Shown: in pieces, positions 38,783 to 49,873 of the stretch | How the letters are laid out: each line of letters opens with the position of its first letter | Position numbering within the stretch: the first letter of the stretch is position 1 | From: an uncultured bacterium | Lineage (GTDB): Bacteria > Babelota > Babeliae > Babelales > Vermiphilaceae | Length of the DNA: 64,000 bases | Direction of reading: 5' to 3' | Assembly: GCA_963707655.1 (NCBI GenBank) | Contig: OY970172.1 | Location: forward strand, 608,001-672,000 | Program-made: the position numbers and the translations under genes | Notes under the pieces: generated by a model | What the model saw: only the letters and a program-made list of their open reading frames with translations | What the model was told of the DNA's origin: nothing | Databases searched by the model: none

Positions 38783-39562
38783 TTAAGAAGCATACCCATC
38801 AACCCGCTTAAGCCATCCGGCAAGCCAGCGTTGTTCACCTTTTTCTACTGGGCTCAACGCAACTCGCTGCTGCAAAATGTTCTTTGCCTGCGCAATAAAA
38901 TCGAGGAGCGCACTTTCTACGGCCATCCCCTGCATATGCTCAAGCACCTGCAGTAAACCCCAGCCTTTACCCGCATAACGCTCAGTCTCTTTAATTCCCT
39001 CACCCTTAAAATGCACATAATCAATCAATGCCAGCAACCCCTTGCTTGTCTGCGCCATGCGATCAAATTGTTGCGCAACATGCGCCCGCTGCTGCTGGGC
39101 AGCTGTTGCAATAATCACGTCACGGGATTTTAAAAAGCGCTGCACCACAAACTCTGCCTGCAGCTCAACGGTTGATGCAAGTAATGCGCGCAATTCAATC
39201 ATTCGTGCACTTTCAAGATCGGCAAGAAATGCAGCGCGATCCGGCCATGGGCAACCTACTTTAATTGCCCGTGCAAGCCAAGCGGGTATTTTTATTTTAT
39301 GCTCTTGCAAAAATGCAACGAGCATGGGGAATGTGTCTTGATAAGGGCCCATTGTGTTTACCGGATACCAAATAAAATGGCCAATGCCTAATGAGGGAAA
39401 GGCTTCACCATTGTTCCATGAAGTTAACTGAGCAATTGATTTATTGCATTCACGCTGCCAGAGTTTGTCGGCAAATAATTGTAACTCTGCTTGAGCAAGC
39501 AATGGTGCCGCGCCGACATGAAAAGTTAATGCAGAGAAAATAATAAAAAGAACACTCTTCAT
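38783..39562 (-). CDS. Secreted hypothetical protein, possible lysozyme-like
   Basis: Signal peptide; E...SLGIGHFIW; C-terminal WLAGWLKRV. Confidence 0.6.
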   Translation of the reverse strand: MKSVLFIIFSALTFHVGAAPLLAQAELQLFADKLWQRECNKSIAQLTSWNNGEAFPSLGIGHFIWYPVNTMGPYQDTFPMLVAFLQEHKIKIPAWLARAIKVGCPWPDRAAFLADLESARMIELRALLASTVELQAEFVVQRFLKSRDVIIATAAQQQRAHVAQQFDRMAQTSKGLLALIDYVHFKGEGIKETERYAGKGWGLLQVLEHMQGMAVESALLDFIAQAKNILQQRVALSPVEKGEQRWLAGWLKRVDGYAS

Positions 39563-40017
39563 GCCGCTTGCTGCACCTGAATTTCTTTTAATTGTTCAGC
39601 ATAGACAATACATTGCCTTTTTAATGCATGTAAAAACTGTTCATCGAGCAGACATTTTTCAAACTCTTTTTCATCATCAAGGGGAATAGATTTATTAAAT
39701 GCTTCCATGCCGATGGCCACAAGACCGGTAAGAATTTGTGCCATCTGGGTGCCTACAACACAAGGATTTTTAGGGTCCTTGAGAATATTCAAAAAGTTGC
39801 CAACCATGCTCAAAAAGGTAACTAAAATACGCTCTGTTTCTTGCTCATCAGCTTCAATCATTTCTTGAATTGTTTGTGGTGGCTGGGACTGCACAGGAGG
39901 AAGAGGCGGAGCAGTAACTACATAATTTTGATCTGGTTTTTCCGCGGGAGCCTCAGCAGCGCGTTGCATAGTAAATGAAAATAAGACAGCAACAAGAAAC
40001 AGCTTAGTGTGCTTCAT
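39559..40017 (-). CDS. Hypothetical secreted protein
   Basis: GGAG RBS; signal peptide; Pro-rich N-terminus. Confidence 0.65.
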   Translation of the reverse strand: MKHTKLFLVAVLFSFTMQRAAEAPAEKPDQNYVVTAPPLPPVQSQPPQTIQEMIEADEQETERILVTFLSMVGNFLNILKDPKNPCVVGTQMAQILTGLVAIGMEAFNKSIPLDDEKEFEKCLLDEQFLHALKRQCIVYAEQLKEIQVQQAA

Positions 40018-40115
40018 AATTTCTCCATAGGCAAAAAAGTTATTTTTTTTGACTATAGCGAAGCACATTTTATATTCACAAGAAATTTTTAGAAATATTT
40101 TCAAAACAACACAAA

Positions 40116-41447
40116 CTACTCAGCGTTCAAAATATTGCCCTGCTCATCACGATATTCTCTGCGCACCAAGAGTTGCATGATGCGTTTTTCTGTTGCGCGC
40201 TGTACAAGAAAAAGATAATTCTTGTACCACAGTGATTCACCTTTTTTAGGCAAATGTTGCAATTTTTCAGTAATGAAGCCGCCTAGTGTCTGCTCTTGCG
40301 TCGAATCAAATTCTATATTTAAAAGCTTAGTCATTTCAGACAATGATATGGTTGCATCAATCAGCCAGCAACCTTGTCTGACGGGTGATATTTTCTCATG
40401 AATTGGCTCTTCATGCTCATCGCTAATTTCGCCGACAATTTCTTCAAGCACATCTTCCAACGTAATTAATCCGGTAATAATGCCATACTCGTTAATCACG
40501 ACGGCAATGTGCACATGCTGATAGCGGAATTCGCGTAACAACTGGTTTACTTTTACGCTTTCAGGAACAAAGAGAATAGGGCGCAGTAATTCTTTAAGTG
40601 GTTTATCAGGGGAGCTGGCAATAGCGGCAACAACATCTTTTAAGTGGATCATGCCTACCATGTTGTTTATGTTGTCCAGCCATGCGGGAAGACGACTGAA
40701 TTGATGCTCCAAAAAGACATCTAATGCTTCTTTGGCAGTTAAATTAACTGGAATAGAGACAATGTCTGATGCCGCAATCATAATATCTTTCACCGGTGTA
40801 CGACCAAGTTCAAATATATTTTGCAACATTTCTGTTTTTTCTTTTTCGATTAACCCTTTTTCAAAAATGTAATCGATCAAGAATTGAATCTCATGCTCTG
40901 ATGAAACCCATTCGCTGCCCGATTCAACATCCTTTGACCCGCTTATCTTTGCGGTAATAAAATCGGTAAATTTAATGAGGAAACTGACTAGGGGATAAAA
41001 AAGATAGAATATAATATTGGTGATCCACAAACTTGACCTGAACAGACCCTCGCCGCGGCCACGAGCAAGGTTTTTTGGAATGATTTCACCAAAAAGAAGA
41101 ATAGTTACCGTTGCGAGCACGATCCCCGCCCAGAAGCCCAAGCCGTTTGAAAGATGCAGCCTGCTGAATATTATCGAGGTAATCTGCGTAGAGATAGCGG
41201 AAAGTATCACATCGGCCAGATTGCTGGCGATCAATATAGTAATCAATACCCGATGAGGATGCTTTTCCAAATTTTGAAATAGCGTAGTATACTGCGCCGA
41301 AGAGGCGGCAGCCATCTCTTTGAGCTTAAAAAGACGAAGAGCCGCTATGCTTGTTTCTAAAAATGAAAAAACTGCACGGCAAAATAAACATATAAGAAAA
41401 AAGAATATGTGCGCGGTAAGCGTACTACTCAGGCCATCTTCCATCAT
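40116..41447 (-). CDS. CNNM/DUF21-CBS-CorC (HlyC/CorC family) transporter
   Basis: FSFLETS, FGEIIPK, FSRLP, GLITLEDVLEEIVGEISDE, TLGG. Confidence 0.93.
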   Translation of the reverse strand: MMEDGLSSTLTAHIFFFLICLFCRAVFSFLETSIAALRLFKLKEMAAASSAQYTTLFQNLEKHPHRVLITILIASNLADVILSAISTQITSIIFSRLHLSNGLGFWAGIVLATVTILLFGEIIPKNLARGRGEGLFRSSLWITNIIFYLFYPLVSFLIKFTDFITAKISGSKDVESGSEWVSSEHEIQFLIDYIFEKGLIEKEKTEMLQNIFELGRTPVKDIMIAASDIVSIPVNLTAKEALDVFLEHQFSRLPAWLDNINNMVGMIHLKDVVAAIASSPDKPLKELLRPILFVPESVKVNQLLREFRYQHVHIAVVINEYGIITGLITLEDVLEEIVGEISDEHEEPIHEKISPVRQGCWLIDATISLSEMTKLLNIEFDSTQEQTLGGFITEKLQHLPKKGESLWYKNYLFLVQRATEKRIMQLLVRREYRDEQGNILNAE

Positions 41448-41481
41448 AAAAAAATACCCCTTAATTATTATTTATATTGCT

Positions 41482-43464
41482 TCACTCCATTGACTCATCA
41501 TCAATGATTTCATCATCTTCAGGAGATACCAAATCTTCAAATTCTTTTTCAAAGAATGTGCGTAATTTTTTGCTGCGTGATGGATGGCGCAGTTTTCGTA
41601 GTGCTTTTACTTCGATTTGACGGATACGTTCACGAGTTACAGAAAAATCTTTACCAACTTCTTCAAGAGTATGCTCAGAAGCGACATCGATACCAAAGCG
41701 CATTTTAAGTACTTTTTCTTCACGTGGCGTAAGTGTTTTGAGTACTTCTCGCACTCGTTCTTTTAAATCATTGTTTGCAACCGTATCGGATGGAGAAAAC
41801 TCATTTTCATTTTCAATAAAATCTTTAATGAATGCATCTTCACTATCACCAACGGGAGTTTCAAGAGAAATTGGTTCTTTTGAAATCTTGATAATATTTT
41901 TGATTTTCTTTTCATCAAGATTCAGTTCTTTTGCCAATTCAGCATAGCTTGGTTCGCGGCCATGTTCTTGAATAAAGGTGCGTTTGATTTTGTTAATTTT
42001 GTTGAGCGTTTCAACCATATGAACCGGAACACGAATAGTACGTGATTGATCAGCAATTGCACGAGTAATTGCTTGGCGAATCCACCAGGTTGCATAGGTT
42101 GAAAATTTATAGCCACGCTCAAATTCAAATTTTTCAACTGCTTTCATTAAACCGATATTACCTTCTTGAATCAAATCAAGAAAGTGTAATCCGCGATTGA
42201 CATATTTTTTGGCAATATTAACCACCAAGACGTAAGTTTGCATTTGCAAGATCATCTTTTGCACGTTTATCTTTTACTTGAGCTCGTCATAAGAATTGAT
42301 GTAATAATGTTTAAATATTACTGTTTGTGGCAATACCGACTTCAACTTCAATCTTTTTAATCGCTTTTGACTGCGCTACGCATATTGCGCTCAATTTCTT
42401 CCATCTGTTCGCGCTGATCTTCAGTCGGTTCAATAATGGCTTGATAAGCTTCGAGCTGATCTTGGCTAGAATTTAATGAGTTGCTTCTTTTTCTTTAATT
42501 TTCTTCATGATATTTTTCAATTTTCTTGCCCATTTTGCTAATAAGCTTATTAGAAATTTTAATTGAGCGAATAGTTTCACCAATTTTTTCTTTATTTTCT
42601 TTCACCTCTTCAAGCATCTCTCTTTTTTTCTTATCAGAATCAAGCTTGCCACGATAACTTAAATAAATCTTTTCTTCATTATCAATCAAATCTTTAATTG
42701 TTTTAATAGTGCTGAGAAGTGCTTTTTTTTCTTCTTCAATATTTAGGAAGATTTTCTTCATCAAATTCAGAAAATTGAATAATATCTTTTAATGGGAGGC
42801 TGTTTTCTTGTAATTTTTCCCCAATGTAGCAAATTCTTTATGAATGAACGGGAAAGCGAGAAATAGCATCGATAGATTCTTTTTTGCTCAGAGCAATTTG
42901 ATCAGCAATAACCGTTTCTGTTTTTTTATTTAGGAGAGGAATTTTACCAATATCGCGCAAATAACATTTGACCGGATCGGTAATCTGTGAAGCTCCTGCT
43001 TCCCGAACCACTTCGCGCTCATCATCTTCGTCTTCTTCTCCACCTTCTTCTTCATCTTCATACTGATCGCCTGAGCTATCTAGCGAGCCATCTAAATGAG
43101 ATTTGATATTGGTGCGACCAACCTCTTCTTCTTCTTGAAAGTCATCAAGAGAGTTTTGTGTTTTATCAAATTCTTCTTGAGTAATCAGGTCAACGTGCTC
43201 TTTTTCAAAGGTTTTGAGCATATCATTGGTTTCAGCCTCTGTAAGCTGATGCTTATCACCAAATTCTATAAGCTCTTCATAGGTTAAAACATCTGCCTGT
43301 TTACTTTTTTCAACAAACTCTTCAATTATTTCTTTTTTTAAATCAATACCGGTTTCTTTTGCTTTTTTGCTGCCAGCATTAATTTTTTTGCTCTCACCTT
43401 CAGGGAGCTCTTCTTTGATAAGTTTATTTTTTATTGTTTTTACGGCGGATAGAATTTTTTTCAT
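41482..43464 (-). CDS. rpoD: Primary sigma factor RpoD, broken by several frameshifts in this sequence
   Basis: Fragments with region 1.2 [11 protein letters not shown], region 2 VVNIAKKY...[17 protein letters not shown]...[12 protein letters not shown], region 4 TRERIRQIE; follows dnaG. Confidence 0.93.
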
Positions 43465-43487
43465 ATTTTTGACCCCTTAAAAAGAAC

Positions 43488-45257
43488 CTAGATCAGCTCT
43501 TTACCTATCAATTTTTTTCTCAAATTCAAAAATTCATTAATGAGGTACTGCACCCGCTCATTATCGGCCTGCTTTTTTGCCTGTTCTATTTTAAGTTTTA
43601 TATCATTTACAATTACTTTCCAATGTTTTTTTTGCAATTGGGTAATAAGCGAATCAAAAGTCCTTTCTTCCGGCTGCAGATCGCCTTCAAGAAGAAGTTT
43701 GCTCACAAATTGCCGCTCCTGCTCTCTCAAAATGTCAAAAAACTGCATAAAAGTGATGGCAGAATTTTGCTGTTTTGCATGATCAAGAACTTGCAATATA
43801 TCACGCAACTGTTGAGGAAGAAAAGTAAGCAGGTACCATCCATTTTCCTTATTGAATAATTGTATGTTACTCATTATAGCAAAAAATATCTTTTTTTCCA
43901 ATTTTGGCAGGTCGGCTGAAGACATAAAAGAGACGGGAATTAAAGGCTTTTTCTCCTCTGATTCAACCTTTGTCGGGGCCTTTGCCAATTTTGATCCTTC
44001 CTGCTTTAACGATTCAAAAGGTATATCAAGAAGATCGGCCGCTTTTTTTAATAAAATATCTTTTTTCAGCTGATCTTCCAGCGGCTGGAGAGCATCAAGA
44101 ATTTTGCGGGTCAAAGAGAGCTTGGCGCTCAACCCCTTATCTTTAAAATCTTTGCCCAATGTCTCTATAAAAAAAACCAAAATGTCTGCTGCCCGCTTTA
44201 TCAAATCATTCAAATCACCCTTTTTTGCCAAAAATGATGCTGGATCTTCTCCTGCGGGCAAAGAGACTACTTTTAAATCAATAGTTGCCTGCCAGCACAA
44301 TGAGGCAAGGCGCAATATCGCCTGCTGACCGGCGGCATCCCCATCATACAGCACCAAAAGCTGCGTCGCGTGTCGTGACAACTGCTTTAAATGCTCTATG
44401 GTGCAGGCCGTGCCGAGCGTAGCCACGGTATTGCCATACCCATTTTGCACCATTGCTACACAATCGGTATACCCCTCAACCAGAAAGACCGATTCCTTTT
44501 TCTGTATCTCTTTTTTTGCCACATCAAGCCCAAAGAGAAGCGACCCTTTGGAAAAATATTCATTTTCATGAGAGTTATAATATTTTGGGCGGGTATCATT
44601 TTCTTTAAAAATGCGACCACCAAATCCACAAAAACGCCCCAAATGATCTTTAATGGGAAACATAACTCGCTCTTCAAAGGGAGAATAAAAAATATTTTTG
44701 CCCTGCAAAAGAATATTTGCTTCCATCAAAGAATCAATCAAAATATTGCGCTTACTCATATCATGAATAAACTGCTTACTCGCATTCAACCCGCCGGGAA
44801 AATACCCGATGGTGAAATAGGATATGCTTTTTGCATCAATAGATCGGCGATTGAGATATTGCAAGACTGACGGTGACTTTAAAAGCTGCTCATGACACCA
44901 TTGGGCAACTAGCTCACACAGATCAAAATAACGTTTTTTTTCCTCCTGCGCCTGGGCCGGCTCTTCATAGCTCAAGGTTTGGGGAAGCTCAATGTTATAA
45001 CGATCCGCCAAAAACTTTGCTGCCTCCAAAGGAGAACAGTTTTCTATTTTGGTAATGAATGAAATTACATCTCCGGTCACATGGCAGCCAAAGCAATAAA
45101 AAATATCCTTATGCGGACTTACCGTAAACGAACCGGTTTTTTCTGAGTGAAAAGGACACGGGCTTTTCCAGTAATGGCCCGCCTTTTTAAGCGCCGTATA
45201 GCTATTAATAACATCAAGAATCGGCACCCGCGATTTGATAAAGGTAAAAATATTCAT
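43488..45257 (-). CDS. dnaG: DNA primase
   Basis: CPFHSEKTGSF..CFGC zinc finger, FGGR, PKYYNS, VEGYTD, YDGDAAG. Confidence 0.97.
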   Translation of the reverse strand: MNIFTFIKSRVPILDVINSYTALKKAGHYWKSPCPFHSEKTGSFTVSPHKDIFYCFGCHVTGDVISFITKIENCSPLEAAKFLADRYNIELPQTLSYEEPAQAQEEKKRYFDLCELVAQWCHEQLLKSPSVLQYLNRRSIDAKSISYFTIGYFPGGLNASKQFIHDMSKRNILIDSLMEANILLQGKNIFYSPFEERVMFPIKDHLGRFCGFGGRIFKENDTRPKYYNSHENEYFSKGSLLFGLDVAKKEIQKKESVFLVEGYTDCVAMVQNGYGNTVATLGTACTIEHLKQLSRHATQLLVLYDGDAAGQQAILRLASLCWQATIDLKVVSLPAGEDPASFLAKKGDLNDLIKRAADILVFFIETLGKDFKDKGLSAKLSLTRKILDALQPLEDQLKKDILLKKAADLLDIPFESLKQEGSKLAKAPTKVESEEKKPLIPVSFMSSADLPKLEKKIFFAIMSNIQLFNKENGWYLLTFLPQQLRDILQVLDHAKQQNSAITFMQFFDILREQERQFVSKLLLEGDLQPEERTFDSLITQLQKKHWKVIVNDIKLKIEQAKKQADNERVQYLINEFLNLRKKLIGKELI

Positions 45258-46036
45258 GCGCACCGCCTCTCTTGGTGAATACGGTGCAAAACAGTATACA
45301 CAACCAAGGCGCTCACCATGAAAATGATAGCTATCCATTGATGTATTGAAAAATAGGGGAACAGACCAAATTCACGATCTGCGCGTAAAAAATCAAGACA
45401 AAATCGCTCGATTCCCATACCGGCAAGATACAGAGCAAAAAGTTGGCCCGGCTTGCTTACTATTCGTTGACCAACACAATAGAGCAATAAAAAAAGTGAA
45501 AAAAGAAGTAAAGAACTATAGATTTGCGTAGGATGCAGTGATTGGTGCAATGGCGCAAAGCTCTGTGCATCAGTATACGTAATCGCCCAGGGTAAAGAGC
45601 AGGTCTTGCCAAAGCAACAACCCGCCATTAAACAGCCAAAGCGCGATATTCCCTGCAAAAGCGGCGCATACAGCGCTGCAAGATCCAGGAAAGAGAGAAT
45701 CGGTACTTTAAGATGGTGCAGATACCAGGGCAATACTAAAATAAGAGCGGTTACTGAACCCAGAAGTGAAAATCCTGCCTGCCAAAATGACAGTAGACTA
45801 CGCCAGCCGTCTTCAAACAGCGACCAATCGCCTGCAATCGCCAGTAGGCGCCCGCCTGCCACTGCCGCAATAATGCCATAAAACAGAATGCTAAAAAAAT
45901 TATCAACAGAAACAAGTGCTTTTCTTCGGGGATCATGCAAAAAAAGATAGGAAAAAACAATCAACCCAATGGCTATGGCAACACCAAAGCTCTGGATTGA
46001 AAATGGTCCATAAATATGAAATAGTTCACGAGTCAT
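45254..46036 (-). CDS. lgt: Prolipoprotein diacylglyceryl transferase
   Basis: GGRL, QGISRFGC, LPWAI, HPTQIY, ERF..DFLR. Confidence 0.9.
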   Translation of the reverse strand: MTRELFHIYGPFSIQSFGVAIAIGLIVFSYLFLHDPRRKALVSVDNFFSILFYGIIAAVAGGRLLAIAGDWSLFEDGWRSLLSFWQAGFSLLGSVTALILVLPWYLHHLKVPILSFLDLAALYAPLLQGISRFGCLMAGCCFGKTCSLPWAITYTDAQSFAPLHQSLHPTQIYSSLLLFSLFLLLYCVGQRIVSKPGQLFALYLAGMGIERFCLDFLRADREFGLFPYFSIHQWIAIIFMVSALVVYTVLHRIHQERRCA

Positions 46037-46276
46037 CAAGATTTTCCCCCACCGTGCAATAAACTGGTTTGAGTATAAACAATGGTAAAGAAAATACAAC
46101 ATCTCCTGAACAACCAGAAATTAAACGAATAAGATCGTACAGCGATGCAAAAAATGAGATGCTCAATGCCTTGAGCAAACTTGCATGCGAAAATCATGGG
46201 TGAGATGGTATAGAAACGGCATCATTTGCCAACGTAAAATTATGTACTAGAAAGACATACCGGCACAATGTGCTTG

Positions 46277-46825
46277 TTATGCTTTCAAATCTTCAACGGT
46301 GAGCTGAATTTTGAGAAATGGGCTATAGCCGATAGTGACGGAAGGGAAATTGGCGTTCCATTGCTCAGCTTTGGCGATGAGTGGATAGAGAAGCTCTACC
46401 TCATTTTCATCTTCTGCAACGCACGGGCTAAACTTTGCCTTAATTTCTACGAATGAAGCAACCGCTCTGAAAAAACCAAGTGTTTTGAAAAATGGTCTGA
46501 GGCCGGCTGCTGAAATAATAATCTGTATTTCATAAGAATCATTAACTATAGGCAAATACAATGATTCGCCATGATCAATCAAATGACCGTTAACATACAC
46601 CGATGCATTGCGCACCGCCTGTTCAACAGCAGCAACATGCGCTTCATCACCATCAATAACAAGTGCAATATCTGCAAGATTGTTGATAAAAGTAACGGCA
46701 CGATTGCGCGCAGCTATCTCGACAGTTGGTGAGCCATTTTCCTGCGGCTCTGCCGACATGGCAACCTGAGATACCAACGATAATCCAAAAAGAAGAACTG
46801 CTGCTATTTTTTTAATGGTATTCAT
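46277..46825 (-). CDS. Hypothetical secreted protein
   Basis: GAGG RBS; signal peptide ending AMS-AEP. Confidence 0.7.
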   Translation of the reverse strand: MNTIKKIAAVLLFGLSLVSQVAMSAEPQENGSPTVEIAARNRAVTFINNLADIALVIDGDEAHVAAVEQAVRNASVYVNGHLIDHGESLYLPIVNDSYEIQIIISAAGLRPFFKTLGFFRAVASFVEIKAKFSPCVAEDENEVELLYPLIAKAEQWNANFPSVTIGYSPFLKIQLTVEDLKA

Positions 46826-46941
46826 ATGATCCTCTTGAGTAATTGAGGGTTTAACTATGTTGACTCATTAACAAGTATATCAGAATCGAAACAAATTGAT
46901 AGTTGACCACCCCTTAAACCCTATTGCCATTTCACCCATTT

Positions 46942-48756
46942 TTAAGCGCCACGAGAGAATTCTCTCACCTTAAAGACAAGGAGCGATAATGCAGCGGGTG
47001 TCATGCTAGGAATTAAAGATGCCTGGGCAATGGTGGCAGGTTTAAATTTAAGCAACTTTTCCTGCAATTCCTTAGAGAGACCAGGCAAATCGCGGTAGTT
47101 GAAATTTGAGGGTATTTCAAGCGATTTATAATAGTGTGCTTTTTCAGTTTCTTTTTCTTCGCGCTTGAGATACGGCTCATATCTGATTTCGGCATAAATG
47201 TTGGTCAGGGCCCGCTCCGAGAGATTGGCATTGGTATGCGTTTTCAATGCTTGAATATCGCAACTTGTTTCACCAAATAACTTTAAAAGCTGTGAATTAT
47301 TATGGCCGGCGCGTAAATCATTGAGCGTTTGATTAACCAGTTCTTTTTCTTGCCTGAAGGCCTGATACATCTCTTGATCGAGCAACCCCAAATCATGAGC
47401 GCGGTCAGTCAAACGCAAAAAGACATTGTCCTGACGCAAAGTTAAACGGCGCTCTGCGCGTGAGGTGAACATGCGGTAAGGCTCATCAACACCCATGGTT
47501 ACCAAGTCATCAATCATCACCCCAATATAACTTTCAGCGCGATCCAGAACAAACGGCGGCAAGCCCGCCTGCTTTAAGTGGGCATTAATGCCGGCAATAA
47601 TACCTTGGCCCGCTGCCTCTTCATAACCGGTGGTGCCGTTGATCTGTCCTGCCAGAAAGAGGCCGGAAACTGATTTTACCTCCAGCGTATGGCGCAACTG
47701 ATCAGGAAGAACAAAATCATATTCCACCGCATAACCGGGGCGAACAATCACTGCTTGCTCAAAGCCAACAATGCTATTGATGTATGCCTTTTGCACTTCC
47801 AGCGGCAACGAGGTAGAAAGCCCGCTCGGGTATATTTCATTGATATTGGCACCTTCCGGTTCAACAAACACATGATGTGATGTCTTATCAGGAAAGCGGG
47901 AAATTTTATCTTCAATCGAAGGACAATAACGTGGCCCTATGCCTTTGATATTTCCTGAATACATGGCAGAAAGATGCAAGTTTTGGCGGATGATTTCATG
48001 AGTTTTTTCATTAGTGTGAGCAATATAGCAGGCGTGGCTGCTTACCGCCTTGTGTGGCTGAAACTCAAATAAATAATCAAGATTATCAGGCTGCTGATAT
48101 TCCAGCTTTGAAAAATCTATGCTCTCTTTGAGCAAACGCGGCGGCGTGCCTGTTTTTAAGCGCCCCAAACGCAACCCAATTTTATTGAGAAAGAGAGATA
48201 GTGAAGCAACCGCTTCTTCATCTTGGCGGCCAGCACTAAAATTTGTTTTGCCGATGTGCACTAATCCATTTAAAAAAGTGCCGGTGGTTAGAATAACCGT
48301 TGGTGCCAAATAGGTTGTTTTATCGCTGGTAATTATTCCTTGCACTCTGCGCTGATCATCAAGAATAACTTCATCAACGGTGCCATTTAACAGTGTAAGG
48401 TTTTCTGTTGTATCAAGAAGTTGTTTTGCCAATTTATTATAAGCATATTTATCAATCTGCAGGCGCAAACCTTGCACTGCAGGCCCCTTTTTGGTGTTGA
48501 GCATGCGAGCTTGCAGGTATGTTTTGGTACACAACTTGGGCATTAAGCCACCCATGGCACTAATTTCATAGACAATGTGCCCCTTGCCCACACCACCCAC
48601 TGAAGGATTGCATGGCATAAGGCCAACTTTATCAACATTGAGGGTAATCAGCAGTGTTTTTGACCCCATGCGCGCCGCAGCATGTGCCGCCTCAAGGCCC
48701 GCGTGGCCACCACCAACAACGATAACATCAAAATCACGAATTGCAGAATTAGTCAT
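46942..48756 (-). CDS. mnmG: tRNA uridine-5-carboxymethylaminomethyl modification enzyme
   Basis: VGGGHAG, MPCNPSVGG, RLKTGTPPR, GPRYCPSIEDK, AGQINGTTGYEEAA. Confidence 0.98.
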   Translation of the reverse strand: MTNSAIRDFDVIVVGGGHAGLEAAHAAARMGSKTLLITLNVDKVGLMPCNPSVGGVGKGHIVYEISAMGGLMPKLCTKTYLQARMLNTKKGPAVQGLRLQIDKYAYNKLAKQLLDTTENLTLLNGTVDEVILDDQRRVQGIITSDKTTYLAPTVILTTGTFLNGLVHIGKTNFSAGRQDEEAVASLSLFLNKIGLRLGRLKTGTPPRLLKESIDFSKLEYQQPDNLDYLFEFQPHKAVSSHACYIAHTNEKTHEIIRQNLHLSAMYSGNIKGIGPRYCPSIEDKISRFPDKTSHHVFVEPEGANINEIYPSGLSTSLPLEVQKAYINSIVGFEQAVIVRPGYAVEYDFVLPDQLRHTLEVKSVSGLFLAGQINGTTGYEEAAGQGIIAGINAHLKQAGLPPFVLDRAESYIGVMIDDLVTMGVDEPYRMFTSRAERRLTLRQDNVFLRLTDRAHDLGLLDQEMYQAFRQEKELVNQTLNDLRAGHNNSQLLKLFGETSCDIQALKTHTNANLSERALTNIYAEIRYEPYLKREEKETEKAHYYKSLEIPSNFNYRDLPGLSKELQEKLLKFKPATIAQASLIPSMTPAALSLLVFKVREFSRGA

Positions 48757-48865
48757 AAGTAGTTTTAAAAAAGGGTGTAAAAAAGTAATAGGAAGCTTTT
48801 TAATCGCTTCCTATTGTAATTTTAACGCAACTCCTGCCTTTGGGCAAGAATGGGCTTTATTTATC

Positions 48866-48894
48866 AAAAAAAAGGCCGGGGGATAATCCCCGGC
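48866..48894 (-). terminator. Intrinsic terminator
   Basis: Minus strand GCCGGGGA-TTA-TCCCCCGGC followed by a T-tract. Confidence 0.8.
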
Positions 48895-48900
48895 AATCTC

Positions 48901-49611
48901 TTACCTTTGATGTATTTTTTTGTGAAGTATATTGGCAATTTTTGCCTGGTTCGCAAGCGATAAGGGCTGAGCATTTTCCGCTTTTGCTTGCTGAAAGAGC
49001 ACTCGAATAGAAGCCATTTCTTTAACCAGAGTATCCAATTGCAACTGCTCCAAACATTTGAGTAACTCGGCCAACTTTCTATCAACCGCGTCATGCTGCT
49101 TGAAGAATAAATCTATCTGCTCTTTGAGCGCCAGCGCCATTTTTGCACCGGTTTTCTTATTTTCTGCAATCTTCATGACCTTTGCAACTTTTTGAAACTG
49201 TGCATAAAAATTAGTCAGAATATCATCTGCTGCTTGTAATGCCTTGTAATATGCTGATGTACGGTCATTTTCTTCAGCCAGTTTAATCTTGAGGGGATTA
49301 ATAAATGAGCCAAGCATAACGTGCAATTTTTCATCGACAAAGGCGACGCATTGGCCAAAAGACGTGTTATCTTTAGGGTCCTTGAGCTTATTTAAGGTCT
49401 TATCGACATCCTCAATAAATTTTTTAATTTCGAACGCAAGCTGATGAAGGTAGGCATTGTTGCCCTCGATCGCGTTCACTGCATCTACTACTTGCGCAAA
49501 GCTGTCAGGAATTTGTGGTAAATGATCCCGACCGCCCTCTTGTGCTAACGCACCATTTCCCGCGCACAACAAAAGCGCAAGAGAAAGGATATTCTTTTTG
49601 TTCAATTTCAT
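48901..49611 (-). CDS. Hypothetical secreted helical protein
   Basis: GGAG RBS; signal peptide MKLNKKNILSLALLLCAGNGALA. Confidence 0.7.
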   Translation of the reverse strand: MKLNKKNILSLALLLCAGNGALAQEGGRDHLPQIPDSFAQVVDAVNAIEGNNAYLHQLAFEIKKFIEDVDKTLNKLKDPKDNTSFGQCVAFVDEKLHVMLGSFINPLKIKLAEENDRTSAYYKALQAADDILTNFYAQFQKVAKVMKIAENKKTGAKMALALKEQIDLFFKQHDAVDRKLAELLKCLEQLQLDTLVKEMASIRVLFQQAKAENAQPLSLANQAKIANILHKKIHQR

Positions 49612-49873
49612 AGCAAAGCTCCTATGCTTAATAATCATATTTGCAGGTTGCGTAATGCTGAATATGCCACATTCAATATTTCTTGGCGTATATCTTATAC
49701 AAAACAACAACCCATTTAAAATTCGATAGTTTCTGTATTTAATATCCATCTAGACAATTACTAGTTTAAACCAGGGATTTTTAATGTCAAAAGCCCCCCG
49801 CCTCCTGGTTGATTTAATCGGTTTTTAAATTATCCTATCCCTTAATCTACCCATTAAATCAGAAAGAAACCAA

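Noticed and set aside
41482..43464. rpoD as a true pseudogene or programmed frameshift
   Set aside because: Essential gene, several clustered indels and no other sign of decay; sequencing error is more parsimonious
46103..46276. Hairpin TGCTCAA-TGCC-TTGAGCA upstream of lgt as a riboswitch or ncRNA
   Set aside because: A single short stem with no recognisable family motif
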